From positions 6,105 to 70,104 of the forward strand of contig JBAXHO010000001.1 of assembly GCA_037138855.1 (NCBI GenBank): DNA of 64,000 bases, written 5' to 3'. Position 1 is the first letter of the stretch; every line of letters starts with the position of its first letter. Of this stretch, positions 28,445 to 38,045 are shown piece by piece. Origin of the DNA: a bacterium (GTDB taxonomy: Bacteria > Patescibacteriota > Dojkabacteria > B142 > OLB20). Made by a program: the position numbers and the translations under genes. The notes beneath the pieces were generated by a model. It had not been told where the DNA came from. It did not search any database and worked only from the letters and a program-made list of their open reading frames with translations.

Positions 28445-29407
28445 ATGAGTAGACTAGTTGTCACCTCCGGGTGTAATTATGCTGATATTGATGTGTTAGC
28501 CTGTGTTGTGGCATATACGGAATTGCAAAGGTTACTGGGTAAAAATGCTGTGACATTACTCGAGGCTCCCTTCAATGAATCAGTTCCGAGGACAATTCGG
28601 AGTTGGGAAATGCCAATTGTTCGGAAATATGTAGCTGAAGGCGGCGATCAATTTGCAGTTGTTGATGTTTCAGAAGCGAAGTATTTTGCGAAGTTTATAC
28701 AGGAAGAACAAATAGCAGTTCTGATTGATCATCATTTTGGGCATGAAGATTACTGGCAGCAGAAATTAGGCAATAACAGTATTATCGAACCAGTAGGATC
28801 ATGTGCGACTTTGATTTGGGAAGAATGGAGGAAAGCGAATTGCGTCCTGAAACAAGTTCAGGATCGAATTTCGAAGCTCAGTGCTAATTTACTTTATACG
28901 GCAATTATTTCCAATTCTTTGAATTTACAGGCGCAGATTACCAAAGAATCGGACAGGCAAGCTGCAGAAGAATTATTGCAATATACAGATTTGCCAAAAA
29001 ATTGGCTTGAGGTTTATTATCAGGAAGTTGAGCAAATTATTTTAGAATCTGGAACAAATTTAATCCAGTTAGCAATCAATTACAAAGATTATCCTAGCTT
29101 TAGAATGACCATGGGGCAATTGGAGCTCTGGGATGGTAAGACATTTATCTATAAATATCGGGAAAAATTGTTGACTGAATTGAAAAATGTCCAAAGTGAT
29201 TACCTTTTTTATTCCATTCCCAGCATTGGTGAAAATTGTAATTACCTACTTACCTTCAGACAAAAAGAGCGTGATTTTCTCAGCAAATTGTTTCCAGTTA
29301 GCTGGAATGGCGATATCGGAGTAACTGAAAAACTTTGGTTACGGAAGGAGATCAAGCAGCTGGCCGGGAAATTTATTTTTTGTAACCCCCGGCGAATTAA
29401 TAAGTAA
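28445..29407 (+). CDS. DHH-family phosphoesterase (NrnA-like nanoRNase/pAp phosphatase type)
   Basis: N-terminal ADIDVLAC (DxD motif), LIDHHFGHED (DHH motif), EPVGSCATL (GS motif). Confidence 0.55.
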   Translation: MSRLVVTSGCNYADIDVLACVVAYTELQRLLGKNAVTLLEAPFNESVPRTIRSWEMPIVRKYVAEGGDQFAVVDVSEAKYFAKFIQEEQIAVLIDHHFGHEDYWQQKLGNNSIIEPVGSCATLIWEEWRKANCVLKQVQDRISKLSANLLYTAIISNSLNLQAQITKESDRQAAEELLQYTDLPKNWLEVYYQEVEQIILESGTNLIQLAINYKDYPSFRMTMGQLELWDGKTFIYKYREKLLTELKNVQSDYLFYSIPSIGENCNYLLTFRQKERDFLSKLFPVSWNGDIGVTEKLWLRKEIKQLAGKFIFCNPRRINK

Positions 29408-29439
29408 GAGCAGTATTTAATTTATTAGAAAAACAAAAA

Positions 29440-29958
29440 ATGCCAAATAAACTTCTCTTCAAGGTATTTTCAGTTATGGCAGTAGTTATTTTTTCAGGAG
29501 TGCCGATGGCTTTGACAGCTGAGGCAGCTGTTCGGGATACAGTTTCTCCAACTAAAATCGAAAATCGCTGTGAGATTATCACAGCACGAGTAGATTTAAT
29601 TTTGTCGCGTTATGCTGCCCATAAAGTACGTTATGATGAGAGATTCCAAAAGGTTAGTGAAAAATTAACAGCGTTAATTCCAGTTTTGAAAACTAAAGGT
29701 TACGATACTACCAAGTTGGAAGCTGATTTAACTCAATTGAATCAATACCGTGAGCAATTTAAAACATCCTATCAGGATTATATTAACCACCTGAATCAGT
29801 CTAAGACATTGGCTTGTGGGAATAGCGAAGGTGCTTTCAAAGCAGAAATTGAAGCGGCAAGGACTGATTTACAAAAAGTACGAGAATTATCACTGCAAAT
29901 CAGATTATACATAATTGAAACCATCAAACCTGATTTACAGGCCTCGAAAAAGGTATAA
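29440..29958 (+). CDS. Secreted coiled-coil hypothetical protein
   Basis: Signal peptide MPNKLLFKVFSVMAVVIFSGVPMALTAEA; a terminator follows. Confidence 0.4.
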   Translation: MPNKLLFKVFSVMAVVIFSGVPMALTAEAAVRDTVSPTKIENRCEIITARVDLILSRYAAHKVRYDERFQKVSEKLTALIPVLKTKGYDTTKLEADLTQLNQYREQFKTSYQDYINHLNQSKTLACGNSEGAFKAEIEAARTDLQKVRELSLQIRLYIIETIKPDLQASKKV

Positions 29959-29965
29959 ATAATAA

Positions 29966-29996
29966 GAGCTCCGGAATTTTAACCGGAGCTTTTTGC
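29966..29996 (+). terminator. Rho-independent terminator
   Basis: AGCTCCGG aattttaa CCGGAGCT TTTTG. Confidence 0.7.
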
Positions 29997-30022
29997 TATT
30001 TTGAAACTTTTAATTTAAAAAG

Positions 30023-30346
30023 ATGAATAAAAAGAATTTAATCATAATTGCTGTTGCATCTTTGCTTGTAATATTGAGTCTGGGCTTAGCTTTACAAAGA
30101 CGAATCAGCAAAAGAAATCAAGATACAGCTGCAGTGAATCAGGCAATTGATCAAGTTTTGAATGAAAAAGATGAAATCCCGGATTTAAATATTGATAATG
30201 AGCTGACAGGTACACCTGCAGTAAGTACCACTAGTACTAATGCTAATGCTGATAGTGATATTGATCAAGTGTTAAAATATCTGGAAAGTGATGTAAAGCA
30301 ACTTGATGCCAGTAGTGATTTTAAAGATTTTGGCACGGTGGAATAG
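30023..30346 (+). CDS. Small membrane-anchored acidic hypothetical protein
   Basis: N-terminal TM helix, then a D/E/T-rich tail. Confidence 0.35.
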   Translation: MNKKNLIIIAVASLLVILSLGLALQRRISKRNQDTAAVNQAIDQVLNEKDEIPDLNIDNELTGTPAVSTTSTNANADSDIDQVLKYLESDVKQLDASSDFKDFGTVE

Positions 30347-30530
30347 ACTGGAAGCAGAATGAAAATTGGAATTTGCAATTTAGAGGAAAATGAAATAGTT
30401 AGAAGTTAAGAGATAAAAGTTAGAAGAGGAGAAAATTCTCTAATTTTTTTGAGCTATTAGCTCTTAGCTTTTAACTTTTAGCTTTTTAATTAACTGTCCG
30501 CTCACTGGATACCAATTACCGTTTTAACCT

Positions 30531-31034
30531 ATGTCCCGAAAATACGAAGCGGAATTTAATACATTTTATCAGAAAAGTTTTTTAGTTTTAATCAAGTATT
30601 TTTTAAGACGAGTACCGAAGTTGGTTGATGCTGAAGATTTGACAGCTGAAACATTTATTGTAATCTGGGAAAATTGGGAGAAGATTGAAAAAGAAACCAG
30701 GCAGAATTTTCTTTTTGGCATTGCCCGAAATAAGTTAAATACATATTTGAGAAAAAAATATCAACTTGAGATAAGAACCCGAGAATTTGATGAGAATACT
30801 GATCTAGAAATAGTTTCTGAGCAAAGAATTAATCCGGGAAATGCTAATTTGAAAAATATTTTAAGTGAATTAGTTAATCAGTTATCAGAACGGGAACAGT
30901 TTTTGATCAAAGCTAAATATATGAAGCACAAGACTTTTCGGGAATTGGCAGCCGAACTCAAGATTACTATCAATAATGCCAAAGTGATTCATAATCGTTT
31001 AATTAAAAACTTAAACAATCATGGCAACAAATGA
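30531..31034 (+). CDS. ECF-type RNA polymerase sigma factor (sigma-70 regions 2 and 4)
   Basis: Region 2 FLFGIARNKLNTYLRKK; region 4 SEREQFLIKAKYMKHKTFRELAAELKITINNAKVIHNRLIKNL. Confidence 0.8.
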   Translation: MSRKYEAEFNTFYQKSFLVLIKYFLRRVPKLVDAEDLTAETFIVIWENWEKIEKETRQNFLFGIARNKLNTYLRKKYQLEIRTREFDENTDLEIVSEQRINPGNANLKNILSELVNQLSEREQFLIKAKYMKHKTFRELAAELKITINNAKVIHNRLIKNLNNHGNK

Positions 31035-31365
31035 TTTAAACCACAATTTTGAAAAATATCTGGGTGATTCACTCAGTAATTCTGAAGAAAATTTTGATAT
31101 CCAATTAAGTCAGGTACGGGTTTTACAAAAAATAAAGGCAAAAACTCAGCAGTCGAAATGGCTGGTAATATTTAGTTATGGTTATTTAGTGTTGGCGATG
31201 GTAGTTGGACTTATTGTGATTTTTAATTTTAGTCCAACGGGTCTGAATAATTTTAGAATAAATAATACTATAAAAAATATTGATGAACAAAGCCAGGGCT
31301 TAAAAAGCGATGCAGCTGTATTCGACCAGATGGATGCAGATTTGAATGAGCTGGCTGAGCTGTAG
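31021..31365 (+). CDS. Putative anti-sigma factor (single-pass membrane protein), overlapping the sigma gene by 14 nt
   Basis: Position and overlap; single TM helix WLVIFSYGYLVLAMVVGLIVIF. Confidence 0.5.
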   Translation: MATNDLNHNFEKYLGDSLSNSEENFDIQLSQVRVLQKIKAKTQQSKWLVIFSYGYLVLAMVVGLIVIFNFSPTGLNNFRINNTIKNIDEQSQGLKSDAAVFDQMDADLNELAEL

Positions 31366-31500
31366 GAGGAAGATCGAATAGCGCAGGGCGAATTTTGGTA
31401 GTACTACCTTTATAAAATTGGATATAGAATTATTAAATATTCAGTTTTCAGTAGAAAAAAGTGGAATCTTTGTGGGATAATCAGAAAAGTTTGATAAAAA

Positions 31501-32109
31501 ATGATTGAAGTCCCTTCAAGAGTAATAGTATATGAACCCCCTATTGTTTTGCTTGCTACTCCACAAAATAAATTTTCTCCAGATAATAAACCTGGCCATC
31601 AAATTATAACTGGTCAGGTAATAATTAAAGAAATACAATACAATTCTTATTGTGAAGAATATGGTAATGCTATTTTCATTACTTTACATGATAGTTTAAG
31701 TAAGTTAATTCTTTCTGTTACTGGAGTAGTAGGTGATCATTTGACAGTTAGATTACGAGATGATGTTGAAAATTACATTTTGCGAGATTGTCCTGTGTCT
31801 GCTTTACTTCAACCAGCAAGTTTATGTGTTAATGAGGAGCAAAATTTAACAGACGAAGTGATTCCTGGGGATTTATTGGGTAATATTAGTACAGTGATCT
31901 TTACTAAAAAAATTGCAGCAGATACACCAGATATTCGGATAACAGATTTACAAAAAATATTTGAATTAATAGTTCAGGCAAATCAGTATGCACTAGCAAT
32001 TCCAGGAGCAACGCAGCTTTTACAATATTATCTCAAAAGATCTCAAGGAAATAGAGCAATGACATTCGAGGAGTTTATACAGAAAAAAAGTCAAACAGCT
32101 GAACCATAA
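31501..32109 (+). CDS. Hypothetical protein
   Basis: 202 aa, no recognisable motifs. Confidence 0.35.
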   Translation: MIEVPSRVIVYEPPIVLLATPQNKFSPDNKPGHQIITGQVIIKEIQYNSYCEEYGNAIFITLHDSLSKLILSVTGVVGDHLTVRLRDDVENYILRDCPVSALLQPASLCVNEEQNLTDEVIPGDLLGNISTVIFTKKIAADTPDIRITDLQKIFELIVQANQYALAIPGATQLLQYYLKRSQGNRAMTFEEFIQKKSQTAEP

Positions 32110-32155
32110 ATTCCAATTTGACACATATTATAAGCTAGCTATAATTTTTCTACAG

Positions 32156-33067
32156 TCACGGACTCCAGTCAGCTTTCACATCATTAACTGCAGTTATTTT
32201 TTTACAGCGGGAATCTTTGGCACAAGCATCACTGGCTGCAGTCCAAACTACTGGAGTACAGTAGCTCACTGTACATTGTGCCTGGGTAGTTTGACGTTGC
32301 ACTGACTGACGGTCACTAGTGCACTGATTGCTACAGGCAATACCCAGACAGACATCAGCACATCCTGTGGCTGAACAGGTGCAAGTACCAGTAGCAGCAG
32401 CTGGTGTATTTGTCGGAGCAGTTGTATTTATCGGAGTAGGGGTTGGTGTATTAGCCACCATTGTAGTAGGACTAGGTCGGACCACAATACTAGGTGCAAT
32501 AGTCAAGGTTGGAGTATTACTGGATGGTAAAATTGTTCCAGGAGTTGGCGAATTAGCTGGAGGTGGATTACTAGTGGTCACAACACATTGGCAACTATTA
32601 TTACAAATTTTATTAGCATTACAGCCTTGATTGGAATAGGGTGGATCACACATTTCTCCTGAATTTAATACGCCATCACCACAAGTGGTGGTACCGGATT
32701 TTTTTTCAGTTTCTAAACGCCAGCAATATAAAACTCTAGAGATGTCATAGATATCAACTTTTTGGTCAATGGTGGTAGCAGATCCCCAGAGATCTGCACG
32801 GGTGTCGCGTGGAGTTACTTGCCAGTTCCAATTTGTCAGTACTAGATTTAAATCATAACTGTCGACCTTATTATCTTTGATGTTGTTGGCTCCGGTAATA
32901 TCAGCTTGAGAGCAGGCAGTATCCTGGGTTTGAATTAATTTCGCAAGTAAACGGGGGTCAAGACTTCCAATTTTGAGAAGCATCCAACTAGAACCAATAG
33001 TTACTAAACTTATAGCAATAGTGGAAACCAGAAAGTATAAATTTTTCTTTTTTAGTTTGATCTTCAA
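32156..33067 (-). CDS. Secreted dockerin-like (duplicated Ca-binding segment), Cys-rich and TP-rich protein
   Basis: Two dockerin-like segments: ADITGANNIKDNKVDSYDLNLVLTNW and ADLWGSATTIDQKVDIYDISRVLYCW. Then Cys-rich modules and a PTPT stalk. N-terminal TM/signal. Confidence 0.5.
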   Translation of the reverse strand: MKIKLKKKNLYFLVSTIAISLVTIGSSWMLLKIGSLDPRLLAKLIQTQDTACSQADITGANNIKDNKVDSYDLNLVLTNWNWQVTPRDTRADLWGSATTIDQKVDIYDISRVLYCWRLETEKKSGTTTCGDGVLNSGEMCDPPYSNQGCNANKICNNSCQCVVTTSNPPPANSPTPGTILPSSNTPTLTIAPSIVVRPSPTTMVANTPTPTPINTTAPTNTPAAATGTCTCSATGCADVCLGIACSNQCTSDRQSVQRQTTQAQCTVSYCTPVVWTAASDACAKDSRCKKITAVNDVKADWSP

Positions 33068-33085
33068 CTGAAGTTAAATTATGAA

Positions 33086-33727
33086 TTAGATGGGATGAAA
33101 TTCTTCTAATTTACGATGTCGGTGCTTTAAACCGGCAATAATTATTAATAGAATGGATATCAATATTACTCCCCAGATCGAGATGAGAAGTGTATTATTT
33201 CCTAACTTACTGATAAAAGGAATATCTCCAGTAGCAGGTAAAGGTGCTTGAGCAAGAAAGCTGGAACTGACAAATGCAGAGCTCCGGTCTACAAGAATAT
33301 TTTCTGCTCTAGTATTTAAGAGTGAGGAAGTATTATCAATTTTTATTTCGGAAAAACTGTTTTGTTTTAATTTAAAATATATTCTAGCTAGTTTGCCCTG
33401 CCCTGTGAAAGCATTTCCAGGACTTACAAATTGAGAGATTTCAATTATTCCAGGTTGAAGTTCTTGGGCTTTTACTATTTCATCAAACACACTTTGGTTA
33501 TAGTCTATCTTTAAATATTCCAGTTGATTTTGTGGAAAAATAATAACTGCATTTACTACATTTACTGATTCTGAAGCTGTATCCAGATTCAGATCTACTA
33601 CAATTGTCTCACCAGCTTGTGCCAGTAAGTTTTGTGGTGTAAGTTCAAGTTTGGCAGTGAGTTCACTGGCTAAAACTAATCGTTGAGGAAGAGATAAAAT
33701 AATTACAATTAATAAAAAAATTATTAA
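33086..33727 (-). CDS. Cohesin-domain surface protein with a C-terminal LPXTG sortase signal; the true N-terminus is upstream of the track ORF and has no canonical start codon
   Basis: In-frame upstream translation gives FLIIFLLIVIILSLPQRLVLASELTAKLELTPQNLLAQAGETIVVDLNLDTASESVNVVNAVIIFPQNQLEYLKIDYNQSVFDEIV... (cohesin-like beta-sandwich signature). C-terminus LPATGD plus hydrophobic helix plus KHRHRK. In-frame stop at 33731-33733; no ATG/GTG/TTG between it and the signal peptide. Confidence 0.55.
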   Translation of the reverse strand, partial: LIIFLLIVIILSLPQRLVLASELTAKLELTPQNLLAQAGETIVVDLNLDTASESVNVVNAVIIFPQNQLEYLKIDYNQSVFDEIVKAQELQPGIIEISQFVSPGNAFTGQGKLARIYFKLKQNSFSEIKIDNTSSLLNTRAENILVDRSSAFVSSSFLAQAPLPATGDIPFISKLGNNTLLISIWGVILISILLIIIAGLKHRHRKLEEFHPI

Positions 33728-33804
33728 AAATTAAATTTTTTAGCTTAGAGTTCCAATTGGTTAGATTTTGTTGAAGAAAATTCATTAATTATTTTTGCCT
33801 GGTA

Positions 33805-34731
33805 TTAAATTGCCGTGATGGCTGCTTTTATTACTTTAGCAGATTTTTTCAATTTAGTTAATTCTGAAGCATTGAGTTTAGGAATAATTCTTTGCTGGGC
33901 GCCTTGAAAATTAAGTTGGACGGGCAAACTTAAGCAAACATTATTTAGTCCAAATTCACCTTCAAGTAGTGTGGAGAGTGGAAAAATCCTTCCAGAATTT
34001 GTCACTAACGCCTCGACGATGCTGGCAATTACTGCACCAATCCCATAATAAGTGGATTTTTTACCGGCGATAATTTTATATGCGGATTCGCGAACGTCTT
34101 TTTCTAATTGTTTGGTTTGAATTTTTTCCATTTTTAGTTTTTCTGTGATAGGTAGACCACCATAACTGGCAATACTTTCTGCGAAAAATGAGCTGTCGCC
34201 ATGTTCGCCTAGTTGATAGGCATGAATATTAATGGGATTAAGATTGAGTTTATCACTGATGAAATAGCGAATCCGGGCTGTATCCAAGGAAGTACCACTA
34301 CCAAAAACCATTCCTTGGGGCATTTTAGCCTGTTTAATTGCAAAATAAGTAACTACATCAACAGGATTAGTGACAATTAAAATATATAATGGTTTGGCCA
34401 CGGCGGTAAGTTGGTCAATTACCTGATTGACAATTTTAACATTGATTTTGGCAAGATCAAGTCTCGACTGGCCCGGTTTTTGAGCGGCGCCACAGGTTAT
34501 TATTACAATATCATTAGGTCTCACATCTTGATAAGTACCGGTAAAAACCTTGACGCCTGGTGCATACGAGCTACTTTGTTGCAAATCCATTACTTGAGCT
34601 TCCACCAATTCCTTGGCGATATCAATTAAAATAACTTCACTAACAATTTGGCGAAGCATCAAGGCATAGGCTGCTGTAGAGCCAACCATGCCAGCTCCGA
34701 TAATTACAGCACGACGATTAGGTTGAATCAT
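33805..34731 (-). CDS. ldh: L-lactate dehydrogenase
   Basis: IIGAGMVGSTAAYAL (NAD fold), ...QLGEHGDS (LDH signature), VTNPVD. Confidence 0.9.
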   Translation of the reverse strand: MIQPNRRAVIIGAGMVGSTAAYALMLRQIVSEVILIDIAKELVEAQVMDLQQSSSYAPGVKVFTGTYQDVRPNDIVIITCGAAQKPGQSRLDLAKINVKIVNQVIDQLTAVAKPLYILIVTNPVDVVTYFAIKQAKMPQGMVFGSGTSLDTARIRYFISDKLNLNPINIHAYQLGEHGDSSFFAESIASYGGLPITEKLKMEKIQTKQLEKDVRESAYKIIAGKKSTYYGIGAVIASIVEALVTNSGRIFPLSTLLEGEFGLNNVCLSLPVQLNFQGAQQRIIPKLNASELTKLKKSAKVIKAAITAI

Positions 34732-35115
34732 AATAATATTTTAAAAAAGTAATAAGTATTAGTGTAGCAAATTGGTGATACAAAAGAAAAGGTGGATGAG
34801 TAGTTGAAATAAAAGATTAAAATATTAACGAGTTAACGGATTAATCCTGAAATATGTTCAGGAAAAAGGATTAAAATGAAAACTGGAATCCGGAATCTGA
34901 AATCAGTAAATTAATATTAGGTTTAACAGGAGGGTTTGCAGATCTGCAAACCGTGCGGCGAGCTCTTCTCCAAATTGCTATTTGCAAATTTCAAATTGCA
35001 TAATTCTTTCAGATTTCGGATTTCATAATAACGAATTTTGCTGATGTTACGGTTTTTTTGTGATCAAGGTGGTTGCTCTTACGTTTTAGCATCTTATCTT
35101 TTAAATTTTAAACTG

Positions 35116-35478
35116 ATGAAAAAATTAATTATTTTTGTTACTGTGGGAATTTCATTACTTTTGGTAGGCTGCGGCAGTAGTAAGACATCCAGTTCTACCA
35201 ATTCTACTATTAAAAATATTGTTACGATAGTACAGTCGCAAACGTATACTATTACTGATGTTGCGAAGCATAGTACAGCTAACGATTGTTGGACAATTGT
35301 TGGTGGTAACGTTTATGATTTGACTTCATTTGTCGGACGCCATCCTGGTGGTGACGTAATATTGCAGGCTTGTGGTATTGATGGCACCAATCTGTTTAAC
35401 AATCGTAATGGTTTAGGCCCGCATCCAGGAAAAGCTGAAACGACTTTGGCGACTTTGAAGATTGGAGTAATCAAATAA
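35116..35478 (+). CDS. Lipoprotein with a cytochrome b5-like heme-binding domain
   Basis: Lipobox LLLVGC at the ATG 35116 start; HPGG motif FVGRHPGGDVI. The track ORF begins at an upstream alternative start, 35038. Confidence 0.6.
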   Translation: MKKLIIFVTVGISLLLVGCGSSKTSSSTNSTIKNIVTIVQSQTYTITDVAKHSTANDCWTIVGGNVYDLTSFVGRHPGGDVILQACGIDGTNLFNNRNGLGPHPGKAETTLATLKIGVIK

Positions 35479-35625
35479 AAAAACAATTTAAGATTAAAAA
35501 GGTAAGTAACGAATTTTGACTTTCGTGTTATAATTATTTTGTTCTTTGACAATCCTTTCGACGTTCCCCACCAGAAAATAAATTTTGAAACCGATAACCG
35601 GTCACCGGATACCGATTTTTTGGTG

Positions 35626-36113
35626 GGGGATGTATGGCTTCGACAGGGAATATTACTGGTTTTTGGCAAGCCGAGGTTTTTGGATACGGAGTCCTCGTAA
35701 AACAAACTGGTCCTCCGGTTATTTTGACCGGGCCGCATAATAAGCGTCAAAACCAAATTTCAAGATTTCGTTGCTGGCGTACAGGGCACAGTTGCAGCTA
35801 TCGCTGCTTCCTTTGCTCCTGCATTAGCTTTCAACGGAGTTGTTGCCTAAACTGGAGTTTCTCCAGGGATAAGCGCGAAAGCGCGGTAACCTTCTAGTGT
35901 TCTTCTCTCCTGATGGGAGGCACTAGGAGAAACATAGTCAGGATACAAGACTTAGCAATAGCATTCTGCTAAGTCCCACGCAAAATGTCTGCTGGCGGGA
36001 ATTGGTTTTAGCTTACTTCTATCAACTTCTCGTCTAAAAATCCAAGTAAGCTACGCTTGTACACTGAGAATCGGTAAGTTTTCTGGACGCGGGTTCGATC
36101 CCCGCCATCTCCA
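35626..36113 (+). ncRNA. ssrA: tmRNA (ssrA), one-piece, CCA not encoded; unusually long (~488 nt)
   Basis: 5' end GGGGAUGUAUGGCUUCGACAGGG (acceptor plus tRNA-like D region). PK1-like GCCGAGG...CCUCGUAAAAC. Ala-rich tag frame ...GTVAAIAASFAPALAFNGVVA followed by UAA. 3' end GGACGCGGGUUCGAUCCCCGCCAUCUCCA (T-arm plus acceptor). 5' GGGGAUG pairs with 3' CAUCUCC. Confidence 0.7.
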
Positions 36114-36127
36114 TAAATTTTGCCTGC

Positions 36128-36277
36128 AAAATTTATCCCGAACTACGAATTACTAACTACGAAACGAGCCAAGCTCGACTCAACACAATAATCCAAAATT
36201 TGCGAAATTTGTATTTCGTAATTAGTAATTCGGAAAAAAGAAGAAACAAATAAAATTTATCCCGAACTACGAATTAC
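36128..36277. repeat. Perfect 25-bp direct repeats (AAATTTATCCCGAACTACGAATTAC) flanking ~100 bp immediately 3' of ssrA
   Basis: Copies at 36128-36152 and 36253-36277. The interior carries a 48-nt segment ~75% identical to 41404-41455. Confidence 0.9.
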
Positions 36278-36417
36278 GTAAACTCTTACCAAAAATGTTA
36301 TATATTTATTTCAAAGACTTTATTTATTAGCCAGAATTTTTTTTCTTCTGATAATGATTTGGGTATTTCAAACGTTGTAAAATTTTTAAAAATACTATGT
36401 CGATAACCCCAATTCTT

Positions 36418-36963
36418 TTAAGTTGCTGAGGTTGCAAGATTCTGAGAAAAAGGCTCATAAATATAACCATCTTTTACTACGTTAGAAAGGGTTGGATCAT
36501 TCTGATCATCAATTCCAGAAAAGAGTGAAATATCATGATTTATTAGATCATTGCGGAATTCATCTAAAATTTTGCTAGATATTCTCTGACTAGTATAGAA
36601 ATAAAAAGCATCTGATTCTAAGTCCTCATGAAAAGAAAATACATTGTTGAAATGATAATTATTGAGCTGTTTGATGATACGACTTGCTTCTAAATCATCT
36701 GTATTTTCAGAAAATGACCTGTTTAAATCATTTTCATTAGAGTTCTTTCTGGTTTGTGCTTTTACGGCTGTAGGACTAGCTTCTGGTATAAATAAACAAG
36801 GTGGTAATTTATCGATATTTTCTTTCAAAAAGTCTCTTAAATCGTTAATAATACTAAACTCATCACCATGCATGCCAGAAATTATTAATAGTTCTGGATT
36901 TTCTGAATTCGTATATGATTCTATGGGAGAATTGGTTATTAATTTTAACATCCTATCCGACAT
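36418..36963 (-). CDS. Putative M14-like/AstE-AspA family zinc hydrolase (short)
   Basis: LLIISGMHGDE (GxHGxE zinc-ligand motif) and a later FHED; 181 aa. Confidence 0.45.
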   Translation of the reverse strand: MSDRMLKLITNSPIESYTNSENPELLIISGMHGDEFSIINDLRDFLKENIDKLPPCLFIPEASPTAVKAQTRKNSNENDLNRSFSENTDDLEASRIIKQLNNYHFNNVFSFHEDLESDAFYFYTSQRISSKILDEFRNDLINHDISLFSGIDDQNDPTLSNVVKDGYIYEPFSQNLATSAT

Positions 36964-37194
36964 GAATTCTTATTACAAAGATATGTAAGTATATCAAAAC
37001 TGCGAGTAAAAGTTAAAAATCTACTTTCCTCTCAAATTTGTATTGCAAAACAATGATTTTATTTTGTTTTTCGGGATAGAATTGGTTTTGTTGCATAATT
37101 CTTGCGTATCAAAATTATATATCTAGCGTATTATAACGATACGTTGGAGCTAGGCGTTTGATACGCGGGAGTTAATTTGGGCACATTCTAAAAT

Positions 37195-38045
37195 CTACCT
37201 TCTGGCAAAGCTCAGAATAAATATTCCGGCAGTAGCTAAAATTGTTCCAAGTGTGAGTATTTTCCAATGGAGACGGAGATGATATTCTTTGAACCAAAAG
37301 ACTCCGAAAGCTATAACGACAAGGAAATTGAGTTGGATGATATTGAACGCAATTGATGATTCCAGATTTTGGAATGCTAAAAGCATAAATACTGATGCTC
37401 CAAAATATAGAAATCCTGATGCAATTGCTGAGAATATTTCTTTATTAGTTCCTAGATTTTTTGTGGTAAATTTTTTTTGAGCTAAAGCAATTACAATTAA
37501 TGTTCCAAGAATAGAAAGTGCCCATACTAATTCCTGATTGTAAATTCCGGCGGTTTTAATCACATAATTATTAATTAATGAAACGATACCAAAAAGGATG
37601 CCGGAAGCAATTGCAAATATTACTCCGTTATTTTTTGTTCTGGTAATAAAGCTTGATTTAAGGTTGAAGACAGATGCGGAGACGAAGATTAAGCAACTTG
37701 AAAGAATAGCCAAAAACGGGTTAACTAATGATGCTTCACCTAAGATAATAAGATTCAAGATCACGCCAACCGGTCCTTGCAAATTTTTCCACTGATTTGA
37801 TCTGACAACTCCAATCTCATCAATCGCCTTGATTAGTAATGTAAAGGCAATTCCCCACAAAATACCTGCAAGTACAGAATAGAGGAGATTATGATTTAAT
37901 AGATTAAATAAGCAATTGTAGCTGTACTTGTAAAGCCAAGCGCCATTAAGATGGTATACATAAAGGGAGGCAGATGACTACCTTTTTTGGGTAATGTATA
38001 TAATCCAAAAAATAATGCTGATAGAACTGAAAAGATAATTCCCAT
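37195..38045 (-). pseudogene. EamA/DMT-family transporter interrupted by a frameshift near 37900 (an N-terminal 50-aa piece in another frame)
   Basis: From 38045, MGIIFSVLSALFFGLYTLPKKGSHLPPFMYTILMALGFTSTATIAYLIY then stop. Shifting +2 continues NLLNHNLLYSVLAGILWGIAFTLLIKAI..., the 221-aa track ORF. Joined, they give a ~285-aa 10-TM protein. Confidence 0.5.

Noticed and set aside
35480-36420. Possibility of tRNA genes or a second structured RNA (RNase P / SRP RNA) in the ssrA intergenic region.
   Set aside because: Only one GGTTCGATCC T-arm-like element is present and it belongs to the tmRNA 3' domain. No cloverleaf could be assembled.
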